Source: Eledone cirrhosa (lineage: Eukaryota). Taken from it: a DNA stretch of 64,000 bases. Below, piece by piece: positions 40,482-54,744 of this stretch. The DNA lies in the NCBI GenBank assembly GCA_964016885.1, contig OZ024740.1:141732001-141796000 (forward strand), written 5' to 3'. Each line of letters begins with the position of its first letter. The stretch's first letter is position 1. A model generated the notes under the pieces. It made no database searches, had not been told where the DNA came from, and saw only the letters and a program-made list of their open reading frames with translations. Made by a program: the position numbers and the translations under genes.

Positions 40482-41135
40482 TGATGATATATTTCGTGTA
40501 ATTGGAGAAATTCTGATTAAGATGTTGACTATTTCTTTGTTCCATCTTTTTTCTTCACATTCTCTTGTCATCTCTCTTTACAAAATATATTCATTTCTAA
40601 GTAAAATTAAAAATCATGATATAGTAGTAGGGGTGCTGCCCTCGTGTAGCTCATCCCTTTCCTGGCTTGAATACTGCAGGGTTCTTCAGGGTAAAGAGAG
40701 AGAAAAAGTCAGGAAGACAGATAACCGAAAAAAAATGACGTCAATACCGGCTTAATACTTATTTATCGACATCGAAAGGATGTAAAGCAAAGGTGATTTC
40801 GGTGTCATTAGAAATCAAAGAGACCCGCAACAAACAAAGTCTTTTATCTGACGTCCTAACAATTCTGTCTATTCGCCGTATAAATAAAAAAAATCACTTA
40901 ATAATAAACAATTTTTTGCACTTTTACAACAAGGTTAGAATCTTCTCGTTAATCATTTCTCATACATAATTTCTACTATTTTTTTACGTTATTTTATGAT
41001 CGGAAAATCTGCTTTTTTAAAGGTGATAATTAGTTATACTTAACAATAGACTCATACAATAAGTTTCTTCTCTATATTTTTTATTCGAATGCTATTTCAC
41101 ATGCGTCACACCTGTATATATATATGTATGGAATA

Positions 41136-41224
<89 letters not shown>

Positions 41225-41243
41225 GTGTGTGTGTGTGTGTATG

Positions 41244-41279
<36 letters not shown>

Positions 41280-41356
41280 TACACACACACGCACACACAC
41301 ATACATATACATATATATATATATACATACATATATATATATACATATGTATATAC

Positions 41357-41462
41357 CAAAGAAAGAGTGGTGAGAAACCAGGGGGACCATAACGCACCAG
41401 AGTACTCGATACTTAGGGTAGTAGAGCGGGTAATAGGAAAAGAGCCCTGACTCTTTTCCTAA
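41357..41462. mobile_element. Family E minimal fold-back
   Basis: Inverted tail plus TAGGAAAAGAG/CTCTTTTCCTA hairpin. Confidence 0.8.
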
Positions 41463-41487
41463 ATATGCATATATATATATCTAAGTC

Positions 41488-41763
41488 TAAAGTCTGTCTT
41501 AAGCCAGAAGGCTCATTTGGGTGGTGCTTATCCCAATTTCATGGCGTGAAGCGACTGAGAGTACAAGACTCCCCCCTGGACAGGACGCCAGTCCATCGCA
41601 GGGTTAAACCTCCAGCTATTGCTGGTACTCATTTTCAGGTGAGTATACTGGAGCAACGTGAAATGAAGTGTTTTGCTCAAGAACACAACACGCAACCCAG
41701 GAATCGAAACCACGACATTATGATCGTAAGTCCAACACTCTTACCACTAGGCCACGTGCCTCC
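41488..41763 (-). mobile_element. tRNA-headed SINE, second family
   Basis: Minus strand GGAGGCACGTGGCCTAGTGGTAAG (A box), GGTTTCGATTCCTGG (B box), TTGAGCAAAACACTTCATTTCAC, CCTGCGATGGACTGGCGTCCTGTCCAGGGG; decayed relatives near 25170-25530 and 57390-57470. Confidence 0.82.
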
Positions 41764-41787
41764 ACACACACACACATATATATATAT

Positions 41788-41965
41788 AACGAAGGAATTG
41801 TGGTAAGGAACCAGATGGGCCATAACGCACCAGAGTACTCAATACTTAGGGTAGTAGAGTGGGTAACAGGAAAAAGTATGACCCCGACGGCAGAGCTCAA
41901 GCCGTTTCGACGGCTATTTCTGAACTCTAAACGGTTTGAGCTCTGCCGTCGGGGTCATACTTTTT

Positions 41966-41970
<5 letters not shown>
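41788..41970. mobile_element. Family E mini fold-back
   Basis: Same tail and hairpin as 9998-10214. Confidence 0.85.
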
Positions 41971-42024
<54 letters not shown>

Positions 42025-42025
<1 letters not shown>

Positions 42026-42273
42026 CGGGGTAACAAATAATAGTTATATCCAGTCCCCTTAGGTGTAGTCCAGTTATGGTATTCCGGGTAGTGGAAGATC
42101 CATGCAATGATTGTGTCTCGAGCTGTCCGCCGGCGAAACAATTGTAACACACAATAAATTGATTTCATATGCATCACTTATTTTTCGTTTTATATTATAC
42201 CATACTCTGCTCTGTAAGAGCATAGAGTGCTCAACCGGCATACCGCCTATGGAAGCATCTTAGCTACCATCAG
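42025..42273 (+). mobile_element. PLE-derived remnant with degenerate HHR and tail hairpin (family L)
   Basis: ATTGTGT-(decayed core)-GAAA-CAATTG-TA-ACACACAAT at 42110-42155; ACTC-TGCTCT-GTA-AGAGCA-TA-GAGT at 42204-42228. Confidence 0.6.
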
Positions 42274-42645
42274 ACATATATATATATATGCAAAAGTTAT
42301 ATTTAATTTGTTGGGATTCAACAAGCTTAAAAGCTTTATAACTGATATAAAGCACTTTACTGGAGTAAATATTCAATATATTAATATATATATATATAAT
42401 ATAATATAATATAATATAATATAATATATATAATATATACTATATATAATATATATATAATATATATATAATATAATATAATATATAATATATAATATAA
42501 TATAATATAATATAATATATATATAATATAATATAATATATAATATATAATATATATATATAATATATATATATATATAATATATATACAATATATATAT
42601 ATAATATATATATATAATATAATATAATATATATATAATATAATG

Positions 42646-42749
<104 letters not shown>

Positions 42750-43288
42750 GTGTCTGTGTCTGTCCATATATGCTATAATTTTAGCGCCATGACATATTCA
42801 ATGTACATTCTCCATCTAACATAGCTATTTTGCTATTTTTCACTGTGATTTCATTCGAGTAATACTGATAACTTGTCAACATGTCTATCAATATATTTGT
42901 ACAGTTTTTATTAACCCTAGAACGTGTTAGGATTCAATATTCACATTCTATTGATTTCTATTTCTAAATCGTTATAGTTCGACATTCTCTTTAATTGTTT
43001 CAGTCGTATATTTACATCAATGTAGCCATTGACTGAAATTGCATTTAACTAGCACCTTTCTGTATGTGCTCGTTAACTTCGATATAGAAACATATACGAC
43101 GTTTGTTCTTTTCTCACTCAGTGTGTACACACATACCTACCCTAGAATAGTATTACTCTTGTCATCTCTAGACACTCTCTGAGGTCAGAGGAAATCTGAT
43201 TACTTAAACCAGAGCATGCGATCTGAAAACCCGAAGCCCTGTAACTGAGTATGGTGCATATAGTATGTATGTACTCTCTTTCCGTTTG

Positions 43289-43341
<53 letters not shown>

Positions 43342-43404
43342 CACTTGCCTGAGTCCCGATACGGGCAAACAGTCATTCCAGTTAGTCATATATATATATA
43401 TATA

Positions 43405-43480
<76 letters not shown>

Positions 43481-43862
43481 GTAATAATAATAAATTTGAA
43501 GACTAAAATCCAAAGAGGGCTCGATAAGGATAAATATATATCAAATATATAAGAACCCTAGAGAGGTAGAAGCTGCTAAATAGTCGGTCGCCCTCTTGTC
43601 TCTGATTTTCAGCCCCATGGATGTCACCGGATTCACACCGAACCCGGTCATTGAAATGATCATAGTATAATAAACCTTTCAAGGATTTACACCAGTCCAG
43701 CCTCCTGTTATTTTATAATAATTAACTCCGTACTCGCACCACCAACTACACAAACGAAGACGGGTGAGTTTCATTACGTTGGGTGCTCTCCATAATATTA
43801 CATCGAGGTTGACCATACGGAATGACCAGTTCTATCCAGTAGTGAACCAACAAACCTAAATA
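43481..43862 (+). mobile_element. (TA)n-flanked element with tail hairpin (family K)
   Basis: ACTC-CGTA..TACG-TT-GGGT-GCTC at 43725-43788; shares ~30 nt with 319-347. Confidence 0.5.
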
Positions 43863-44211
43863 AATAAATATATATATATATATACACACATATACAAAAA
43901 AAGTGTATATTAGTAGCATGACAAAGTGTGTTCATTATATTAGTCGACCTGGTCTGTTATTGTGTCGTTTCTCCCTTTTCTTCATGCTGTTCTGCTTCCT
44001 TTAGTTTTTAATATCGATGCTTACATCATGGATTAGCTTCCACCATATTGGTCTGTCATCGACATAATGCCTCCAGCATCGAAGAATGTTAACCTTTTTC
44101 AAAATATCTATGATCGTGTCCTTATACCTCAAGAGAGGGCATCTTACATGTCGAACACGTTCCTCAAGCTAACCAAAAAGAGGTTTCTTTATAGTGGTAA
44201 CGATGGAGAGT

Positions 44212-44501
<290 letters not shown>

Positions 44502-44527
44502 TATATATATATATATATTTATATATA

Positions 44528-45050
44528 CTAGCTGTCGTACCCAGCTTCGCCCAGGTAAACAGATAATAAGAGAAGGCAGGTAGAAGAGAAAATGACTGTA
44601 TTAGATGTTTGTCTGGTTTACAGTATGAAGTGTGTGTGTTATTATCAAAATAAATAAAGAAAACTTCCAGATACACCCGATTCTTCATGTTACCGTTCGT
44701 GCATATGAAGATTTCTAGGTGTTTCCTCTCGGGAACGACCTACATATAACTGTCCATGGGTAAAAAGCGATTTTCTTGTATTCAATTCTACAACTTTGTA
44801 ACTCTTAGCCTGAGCTTTATGTACGATCATAGCAAAACTAGCTCTAACAAGGAACTGACGTTTTGAGAATTTGAACAGCAGCTCGGTAGAGGAAGGGATC
44901 AGAGGAATCTTGGGAATAAATGCATTTTCTCCTTGATGACTGCCTCCAAGAATATTGACCTCTAGAATATGGTTCATCATCCTCCTGGCTGTAAAGTGTG
45001 TGCCATTGTATACAAGTAGCGGGTCCACGTTTCTCAAAAGGCTGATGGAA
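44528..45050 (-). mobile_element. Helitron 3' fragment (PIF1 helicase C-terminus and terminus)
   Basis: FIPKIPLIPS..FSKRQF.VR.SFAM.VHKAQ..FTHGQLYVG.SR; minus-strand hairpin CCTGGGCGAAGCTGGG then CTAG|T at 44528. Confidence 0.88.
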
Positions 45051-45148
45051 GTTCCAATATTTTATATTATATGTAGACATACATATAGATATATCGATAT
45101 AGATAATTGTATAAAAATGTGTGTGAGATTGTGTGTGTGTGTGTGTGC

Positions 45149-45198
<50 letters not shown>

Positions 45199-45310
45199 GC
45201 GTGTGCGTGTGCGTGTGTATGTGTGTATGTATGTGTCTGAATCGTGTTTGTAATTCTCTGTGCATCTGATTAAGTATTTACATGAAGATGTATGTGTATG
45301 TAACTTACTT

Positions 45311-45437
45311 TGGGTAGTAGAGGGGGTAATAGGAAAAGGTTCAAGACCCCGACGGCAGAGCTCAAGCCGTTTCGATGGCTATTTCTGGACTAAATTGAAT
45401 TTAGTCCAGAAATAGCCGTCGGGGTCCTGAACCTTTT

Positions 45438-45442
<5 letters not shown>
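45311..45442. mobile_element. Family E mini fold-back
   Basis: Partial inverted tail plus hairpin. Confidence 0.8.
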
Positions 45443-45517
<75 letters not shown>

Positions 45518-45535
45518 CTATTTAAACTCACCGAT

Positions 45536-46705
45536 ATGTTTCCTGCATTCGGCGGTGGATTGTACCGTGATGATGGGTTCCTTACCCTTAAAGGGTACAA
45601 CCCCAGTAGTACAGACTGGGTCCGTAAACAATTAATCAGCTTCTTCCGCGACTGGGGATTTAAAATAACCCTACAAACGTCCCTAGCCCGAGTAAACTTC
45701 CTGGACGTTACCTTTAACCTCGATAACGATCTGTACTACCCATACAGGAAACCAAACGACAACCTGCGCTACATCCACTGCCGGTCGAACCTTCCTAGAA
45801 ATATCACCAATAACCTGGTTAAAAACATCTCCCTCCGTATATCTCGTTTGTCCGCTAATGAGCAGATATTCGAGGAACATGTGCCTTATTACAACCAGGC
45901 CCTCAAGCGGAGTGGCTTACGGGAGGAAATATCCTATTGTCCAGCTTCCATTAGCGGAACCAGCAGGCGACACCGCCGCTCACGCAACGTAACGTGGTTC
46001 AATCCTCCCCACAATGCCGAGGTGACAACACCTATCGATGAGCCTAAAAAAGATTTCTTCTTTAGGCTCATCGAAAAACACTTCCCACTACAACACCGCT
46101 ACCACAACATAATCAACAAAAATACCATCAAACTCTCCTACAGCACCACACCCAAGTTTACACAAAATATCGTCTCCTCTAACAACAAAAAACTCAACCC
46201 CTATGGAAGAGATAACCTAGATAGCAGTGGGGAGCCGACCAGGAGGTGTAACTGTCCTGATGGATCCCTTTGCCCCCTCGACAACAGATGCCGAGATCGT
46301 AATGTGATCTGCCAGTGCAACGTGAGGACGGACACCTCCAACAAAGCTTATATAGGATTAACCGCTTATGACTTCAAGACCCGGCTATACCAACACAGAC
46401 ATACTTTCCGAAACCCGGCCCGGCGTCACGCCACTACACTTTCGGGCCACATCTGGGACCTCAAAGATAACAATATAACCTATAATCTCACTTGGAGCTT
46501 ACTGTCCAGAGCCAACTCTTACACGGGAGGATGCCGTCCGTGTAACTTATGCTCGGAGGAAACATTACAAATGCTGTTTTCGACGGACCAACTCCTAAAC
46601 AAGAAAGACGAACTGGTAACTGCATGCAAACACAGATTACATAGGACTTACCACGCCCTCAAACCCCATAATGACGGGGGGGGGGGGGGGGTAAACAAGG
46701 GCTGA
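45536..46705 (+). CDS. PLE polyprotein C-terminal part: RT (YRDD), thumb and GIY-YIG endonuclease; truncated but open for 389 codons
   Basis: GLYRDDG, VNFLDVTF, PYRKPND, WFNPP, IKLSYS, CNC..CPL..C, KAYIGLT..FKTRLYQH, CNLCSEE. Confidence 0.92.
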   Translation: MFPAFGGGLYRDDGFLTLKGYNPSSTDWVRKQLISFFRDWGFKITLQTSLARVNFLDVTFNLDNDLYYPYRKPNDNLRYIHCRSNLPRNITNNLVKNISLRISRLSANEQIFEEHVPYYNQALKRSGLREEISYCPASISGTSRRHRRSRNVTWFNPPHNAEVTTPIDEPKKDFFFRLIEKHFPLQHRYHNIINKNTIKLSYSTTPKFTQNIVSSNNKKLNPYGRDNLDSSGEPTRRCNCPDGSLCPLDNRCRDRNVICQCNVRTDTSNKAYIGLTAYDFKTRLYQHRHTFRNPARRHATTLSGHIWDLKDNNITYNLTWSLLSRANSYTGGCRPCNLCSEETLQMLFSTDQLLNKKDELVTACKHRLHRTYHALKPHNDGGGGGVNKG

Positions 46706-47820
46706 AACACCCCACTTGCCGACTTTGTAATGGGTAACCCCTGCTTACAAAGGTAGACGTAACCTTTTTATATATTTTTTTTAAATATTTTTTTATCGTT
46801 TCCTCTATATTTCCTTCTTCCCCCCATCCCTTCCTAGTCCTTCCACCCCACATCTCCTTCTTTGTCGTCGTTCTTTTCACCTTCTCGTCCACCCCGATGC
46901 AGCCATTCGGTCCTCTGTAGCCTCAGTACCCCACCCCCCTTATTTTATGATAGAATTGGCCGATTCCGCTTTTTATAGCAGATGTGCTAGATCCCAGATA
47001 CTTGCTTTATTCTCTGATTGCTGCCCCATTTCCGTGATTTCTAGTTTTTTAGTGGTATTTCTGCTTTAGTTTCTCGTATATCAGTATTTATTTTGGGGGG
47101 GATTCTGAATTAATTTTTCGTATTAGTTTTTCATATATATTGTACGAGTATTTATGTAGATTGTATTAGAATTTATGTAGTTTGTATTAGAATTTATGTA
47201 TTGTAGCAGTACTTATATATATCGTATTAGTATTCGTGTTTCGGGATTCTGAGTTAATATTTCGTATTAGTTTCGGGGTTCTGAATTATTATTTCGTATT
47301 AGTTTTTTTAGTATGTTGGCCCCCTACTTGTTGACCTGTCATTGTAAGATAGATTTGGCCGATCACTAATAACTCATAAAATTCTTTCACTACAATCTCG
47401 TATTTAGTATTCCGTCCCACCTATTAAACTTTTCTATAGCTTAGCAGTACCAGTGAGAGATTTGATGATTGTGGAAGGGGACTAGTAACGAGAAATTGTT
47501 TTTTTTTAAATATTTTTTATATTTTTTATATTTTCTATATATTTACTCTATATATTTACTCCATTTAGATTTACTTATTGTTTCAACTTCCTCCCCCCTC
47601 CTTTTCTCTAGTATACTTTTTTCGACCTTATATCCTTAGAATCTGCTGTAGTTGTCACTTTCAACGCTTGACTGGGTTTCCTCCACTCCCTCTCCCTCTT
47701 TCTTCTACTGCCAAGTTCAGCTACCCCTACCTTCCACAAAATGCCATGATAGAATCATGTGTCTCAACAACAAACTTTTGACCAATCCTTGTGACAATCA
47801 CTTTTACCATATATGGAATT

Positions 47821-47916
47821 ACCCCCTGAGACGTTCGGCTATTTATTTACCAGGATAAAAATTTTCGTTTAGTCCAGAATTAGCCGTCGAAACGGCTTCA
47901 GCTCACCCGTCGGGGT
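47821..47916 (+). ncRNA. Candidate variant hammerhead (6-nt CUGAGA core, long stem II)
   Basis: ACCCC-CTGAGA-..CGGCTA/TAGCCG..-GAAA-CGGC-(GAGCTC loop in other copies)-GTC-GGGGT; the minus copy at 62039-62134 reads CTAAGA. Confidence 0.55.
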
Positions 47917-47926
47917 CCTACTTGTT

Positions 47927-48681
<755 letters not shown>

Positions 48682-49001
48682 AATAAGAAGTTGACGGGAG
48701 TAGCATAAGGTTTCTCTGCTAGTACCGTTTGCATCCCAGCGTAATCAATAGGTAAAGTTATGTAAAAATCCTAGAGTAAACACAAAGTTATTTGCTTCAA
48801 TACAACACACGTAAATGCGTACCATAAAACTATGCCCGTACTCGAGTTTCGGCCACACTTAATGCAGCAAGAGAGTGCACAGCATCTACTGTCTGCATTT
48901 ATTATGCAACAATGCACAGTCGGCGCATGTCGCTTCATCAGCACACATACACACACACACACATACATACACACACACACACACGCACACACACACACAC
49001 G

Positions 49002-49041
<40 letters not shown>

Positions 49042-49199
49042 TACACACACACACACACACACATATACATTTAGGCAAATGGAAAGAGAGTACATATATA
49101 TTAGCCACGCTTTTCCCTTAATCTCCTCATATCCACCAACCATTTAAGAAATATAGAAATAATTTTATTTGTGAGAAACATCATTCTGGCGCTGGCTTA

Positions 49200-49775
49200 A
49201 TAACGTCAGGTTTGTGGGACACTGTTAAGATATTGATATATGTTCCCTTTTTCATTTGGCTACTTCGAGTATGCATTTATTCATGAGCAACCGATCTTCT
49301 ACATCCTCTGCTGGTAACAGGCTGTTGTTGATTAAGAAGGTGTATGTCCTCTCGGCAATATTAGTGGTGAGGATCTTATACATCGTCCACGGGCAGGTCA
49401 ATAGTTTTTGTGGTAAGTTATGACTTTTAAACAGTTGGGACAATCATCTGGATTTTAATAAGAGTATGGTTGTCCGTATTGGTAATATGTGATCACATCA
49501 AATCCATCTGCTTTCCAGTTTCTGGGCTTTATGAAACATTTCGAACCTTAGTTGTGTTGTCATCTATGGTTTTATTTTGATGTTGGTGTTTTGGGACCCA
49601 AGGAGCTTCTTCTTTGTGGTGTTTCTTACATCCAAGATTGTGCTCCAGAAATCCTCAATTTCCTCAATTTTAACTGGTTGGTCGATTTCTATATTCTATT
49701 TTCCTATATCTATGTAGAGAGCCTTTGTATCTTCTCTGAGGTTCTTATTCTTTCCTAGCCCTAAATTAGGAACCA
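49200..49775 (-). pseudogene. Decayed non-LTR RT fragment, R4/Dong-like
   Basis: LTCPWTMYKILTTNIAERTYTFLINNSLLPAE..DRLLMNKCILE resembles the RT N-terminal region of RLE-type R4/Dong elements. Confidence 0.6.
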
Positions 49776-49895
49776 TTCTTCTTCTTCTTCTTCTTCTTCT
49801 TCTTCTTCTTCTTCTTCTTCTTCTTCTTCTTCTTCTTCTTCTTCTTCTTCTTCTTCTTCTTCTTCTTCTTCTTCTTCTTCTTCTTCTTCTTCTTC
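49776..49895. repeat. (TTC)n microsatellite
   Basis: Direct run. Confidence 0.97.
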
Positions 49896-49947
49896 TCCCC
49901 CTCCTCCCCCTCCTCCCCTTCTTCATTATTATCATTGTCAGTATTTT

Positions 49948-51140
49948 AGTGATAGTGATAACGGTGGTGATGATGATGATGATAGTGGTAGTAGAGGTGG
50001 TGGTTGTCGTGGTGTTGGTGGTGGTAGTGATGGCGGTAGTGGTAATGGGGATTGATGTTAAAACTTCAGTTGAGACAGATGTGATTGAGACTATAACAGC
50101 TGCACCAGCTGTTGCTGTTGCTGCTGTTGCTGTTGTTGCTGTTGTTGCTGTTGTTATTAGTTATTGCTGTTGCTGCTGTTGCTTTTACTGCTATTGTTGT
50201 TGTTATTACTGTTATTGTTATTGTTGCTGTTGTTGTTACTGTTATTGTTGTTGTTATTACTGTTATTGTTATTGTTGCTGTTGTTGTTACTGTTATTGTT
50301 GTTGTTATTACTGTTATTGTTATTGTTGCTGTTGTTGTTACTGTTATTGTTGTTGTTATTACTGTTATTGTTGTTGTTGTTGTTGTTGTAGCCCTTGATA
50401 CAAATGTTGCTGTTAATGTTGTTGCAGATGTTGTTTTTATAGTTGACGTTGCTGTTGATATTTTTTATTGTTGTTGTTGTTATTTCGTTGCTCTTTCCCC
50501 GTTGTTCCATCCTGTCCATTACCTTCCAATTTCTATTATCATTTCCCCTCCTCTCCTTCTCCCTTGCTCCTCCTCTTCTTCTCATACTTCCAACCACCAC
50601 CACCAACACCACCACATCCACCACATCCACCACCATCACCACCACCACAAACACCACCACCATCAGCATCACCACAACAACCACTACCATCTTCATCACC
50701 ATCACCACCACCACCATCACCACTACACCCACTACCACCACCACTACCGCCATCACCGCCAACTCAACAACCTCCACCACCATCAGCACCACCACCACCA
50801 CCACTACCATTTCCATCACAACCACAATCACCACCACCATTACCACCACGACCATCATCACCACCACAACAACCACCACCATCACCACCAGTCCAACCAC
50901 CACCACCAACAACACAACTACCATCACCACCACAAACACCACCACCACCACTATTACCCTCACCACCACCACCACCAACACAATCACCACCACATTTACC
51001 ACCGCACCCACCACCACCACCACCACTACCACCACCACCACCACTACCACCAACACCAACACCACCAACACCACCAACACCACCACCACCACTACCCTCC
51101 ACAACCATCACCACCATCACCACAACTACTACCACCACCC
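49948..51140. repeat. Degenerate trinucleotide region: (GTG/GTT)n then (CAC/CAA)n
   Basis: Low complexity; all overlapping ORFs are homopolymeric. Confidence 0.9.
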
Positions 51141-51548
51141 TATTCTAGTCTATTATTTGATATTCTTATTCTATTCCATTCTATTCCACACTAGCTTATT
51201 CCGGTCTATTCCAGTTTACTCTAGACTCATCTATTCACAAGGTGTTTTCCACGTCACCAGCTGTTTTTTTTTCTCTTTACTATTTTATCATTAGTTCTTT
51301 CTTATTTTTTTTGTATATGAAAGACCCAGAAATGTGGCGGGATGGTGGGGTGCATGAGGTTGGTGACTGGGTGTAAACCCTGGGCCGATTTCCAGTGAAT
51401 TCTTGGCAACATGCCGGACAGTCTGTTGGATTTACTATGCTAATGCTCCCCTAAACCAACCAACCTGTTTCCTCCTTTTCCTCTTTCCCTCCTGTCCCGT
51501 CTCTCCTTGTAAGCTAGTCCTATGAATATCTGACAAGAGGGGTTTGCA

Positions 51549-51589
<41 letters not shown>

Positions 51590-51826
51590 CATACATGCAT
51601 TTATATATATATGTATATATATATATGTGTGTGTGCGTGTGTAGATGGATAGATAGGTACCTACACACATACATTCATATATACATTAACCTTGTATTGA
51701 TGGTGTCGATGTTGATGATGGAAGCTATAGATTTTTTGTGATGTGTGTTTCTATATATCTATATGCATATGTGTGCGTGTCTACGTATATGCCTATCTAT
51801 CTACATATCCATCTTTCTCTCTCTCT

Positions 51827-51882
<56 letters not shown>

Positions 51883-51883
<1 letters not shown>

Positions 51884-52510
51884 AGAACAAAAGATGGTTA
51901 AAGGAGTTCCATGTATTTTATTATGCGCATTTCAAAAACAAATATCATCATGCAATAATATTTGTGTTTTCATCAGATAAAACAGGAGGACATGATATGA
52001 AGGCTAAAAAACACTTGTGGATAGTTCAGTTTTAAATCAACATATGAGAAGTAGATGTGTGATATTGGGAAAAATATTTTATTTAGAGGGGGGGGGGGAG
52101 GATGAAAAAAAAGAGGAGGAGATGAGAGTGAAGGTGGAGAGGGAGGAGTATAATGAGGAAGGATGAGATAGGAGGAGAGATGGGTGATAGAGAGAGAGAG
52201 ATAGCTTTTATAACTGAGAAAGATATATTGTTTTACATAGAGAGGTTGAAAACCGTTGGAAGATAATGTATAAATTAAAAGAATTTGAAAATTAACGAAG
52301 GGAAAAATATGTGCGAAGAAGGAGAGGGAGTTAATATGTATTGAGAATAATGAGTTTGATGATAGAGAGAAGAGAATAATGAATTGCGGATGAATATTCT
52401 AACGTCATGAATATTCTTATATATTATGTATACTCCAGTCCTACAAACTGTAGAGTGCTTCTTATCCGATATCTGCATTGCTTTATTGTACTACAATAAA
52501 ACTCACCTCC

Positions 52511-52512
<2 letters not shown>
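51883..52512. mobile_element. Family M PLE remnant: minus-strand pLTR with HHR plus plus-strand tail
   Basis: HHR at 51915-51983; both parts share a TTCTTATAT end; tail hairpin ACTC-CAGT..ACTG-TA-GAGT at 52432-52456. Confidence 0.6.
51915..51983 (-). ncRNA. Hammerhead ribozyme (family M)
   Basis: Minus strand GTTTTAT-CTGATGA-stem II (ACAAATATT/GATATTTGT)-GAAA-TGCGCA-TA-ATAAAAT. Confidence 0.8.
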
Positions 52513-52604
<92 letters not shown>

Positions 52605-52772
52605 TATATATATATTAGAATTGGTGCTCTGAAATAGCGATATATATATATGAATGTATATATAGTGTATTTTGTAATACACTGTATGCTTAATAAAAAG
52701 CATTTTGAAGACCTTACGCTATTGTTTTAAAGTAGTGACTATGTCACTTCTTTTTTCAACAACAAATGGAGA

Positions 52773-52820
52773 TAAGCTGACAGATCTCTGTTTCATACTG
52801 TTGGCATTCCTCAGAGTTTA
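52773..52820 (-). ncRNA. Hammerhead ribozyme (family I, inverted copy)
   Basis: Reverse complement of 53018-53065 with two substitutions. Confidence 0.8.
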
Positions 52821-53017
52821 GCATTCCCCTTGGTTGTTGAAAATTATGAATGTTGGATACACTATATATACATTCATATATATCGCTATTTCAGAGCACC
52901 AATTCTAATTTTCAATTTTTGCTGGACCGGCAACCGCTCTGTATAATCAGTTCCTGATTATTACTGGAATTCTATAAGAATCCAACATTCATAATTTTCA
53001 ACAACCAAGGGGAATGC

Positions 53018-53065
53018 TAAGCTCTGAGGAATACCAACAGTATGAAACAGAGATCTGTCAGCTTA
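53018..53065 (+). ncRNA. Type I hammerhead ribozyme (family I)
   Basis: TAAGCT-CTGAGGA-ATAC/GTAT-GAAA-CAG-AGAT-CTG-TC-AGCTTA; all three helices paired, GUC site. Confidence 0.9.
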
Positions 53066-53173
53066 TCTCCCTTTGTTTGTTGAAAAAAGAAGTGACATAG
53101 TCACTACTTTAAAACAATAGCGTAAGGTCTTTAAAATGCTTTTAATTAAGCATACAGTGTATTGCCAAATCAC

Positions 53174-53315
<142 letters not shown>

Positions 53316-53434
53316 GGTGGGGTACTTAGGTTTAGTATCATCATGTTTGTGTGTTCATGTGTATATATGTGTCCACACATACTTGTATGTATATATGTAC
53401 CTGCATCGTCACTGTAGAGTTAAGAATGTGCATA

Positions 53435-53527
53435 CAGGGTGTTCCAGAAAAATGTTTATGTACTTCAACAGCATTCTAATATATATTGCTTGTACAGGTA
53501 ATCAAAGTGTGTATACATTTTGGACAT
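53435..53527. mobile_element. Possible Tc1/mariner-type MITE remnant; similar TIR at 56320-56357
   Basis: TA-CAGGGTGT(T/C)CC..AAAA start typical of mariner TIRs and a partial inverted copy TGTGTATACATTTTGGACA. Confidence 0.45.
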
Positions 53528-53544
53528 ATACACACACACACACA

Positions 53545-53664
<120 letters not shown>

Positions 53665-54119
53665 TAATAGCTTGACGTAACTCCGCACTACCAGTGGTTT
53701 CAAACTAAATGTCTAAATCATCATGTGAATTTGTGAAAAGTAAAAGATGGAGAATGGAGTTTGGTGTTGATAAGTCAGTAACAGCACGAGGAAGTGTGCA
53801 TCACGGTGACGTACAGTTGGTGTGTATATGCATCGGAGGTTGCTATAAAGTTACGCATCCAAGTAAACGTTTTCATACTTTATTTGCAAATTACTATTTC
53901 CGGGTGTAATGAACAGAACTTAATGTTTTCATTCAGGTTGACATTTGTCACAAAAAAAAAACAAAAAAAAAAACGAACGATGTGTTCTTACTAAACTAGT
54001 CCATGCGCGATCCAAACATTTAGACATTTAAAGAAGAACACATCGCCAGATTTAGTTTTGCATTTGAAAAGAGTGATTTAACTCTGAAATGTTATGTTAA
54101 AATATACTGAGTAAGAAAA

Positions 54120-54170
<51 letters not shown>

Positions 54171-54241
54171 TGCAGCCATCACTACAGTATAGTTATACAT
54201 GGCCAGCAGCATATCCCAGTGATTATATACCAGCTCCTATG

Positions 54242-54306
54242 ATTGCGTAAGAATCTGATGAAGTCACATGCAAAACCATGTAACAGAAATATATATATCA
54301 TGCAAT
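54242..54306 (+). ncRNA. Hammerhead ribozyme with imperfect helix I, in (TA)n-flanked element 54168-54350
   Basis: CTGATGA at 54255, GTCACATG/CATGTAAC stem II, GAAA-TATATA-TA, ATTGCG/TGCAAT. Confidence 0.65.
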
Positions 54307-54697
54307 AAACAATCAATTATGGTTAAATAATCCCGTCTTTACTAATCTTATATATATATATTTGTGTGTTAGATCGGGGATAGAAATAAAACACACATGC
54401 ATATAAAAAGGTTCAGTGATGCAGTTTTGTACTAACTATTATTACTACTATTCACAAATCCCACACACAGTTGTCAGCATCTTGCTAATGAAAAGTGCTC
54501 CATAGGTTCCTCTTAATGAAATCAGCTGAATCCCCAGCCACGCCATCCTCCCACTCACCTTGCAACCTCTTTCGCAAGACAAACAAATCAAAGTCTATTT
54601 TCCATTTTTCACTCCCCGGGAACCCCATCACTATTCACTATTCACCTCCTCCCCGCCTGCTTAGAAAAAGTAAATCAATCTCAATTTTTCTTCGCCG

Positions 54698-54698
<1 letters not shown>

Positions 54699-54744
<46 letters not shown>

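Larger units (their letters stand above)
45518..47930 (+). mobile_element. 5'-truncated Penelope-like element (family E parent) with ~1.2-kb 3' UTR
   Basis: RT/GIY-YIG ORF then pyrimidine-rich UTR ending in the family E terminus and (TA)n; second copy at 61946 on the minus strand. Confidence 0.92.

Noticed and set aside
49696-51294. Long poly-His, poly-Pro, poly-Thr, poly-Arg and poly-Leu ORFs
   Set aside because: All frames are open because of trinucleotide repeats; no domain or splice evidence.
53691-54110. CAGTGGTTTCAAACT as a hAT terminal repeat
   Set aside because: No matching second end or 8-bp TSD found.
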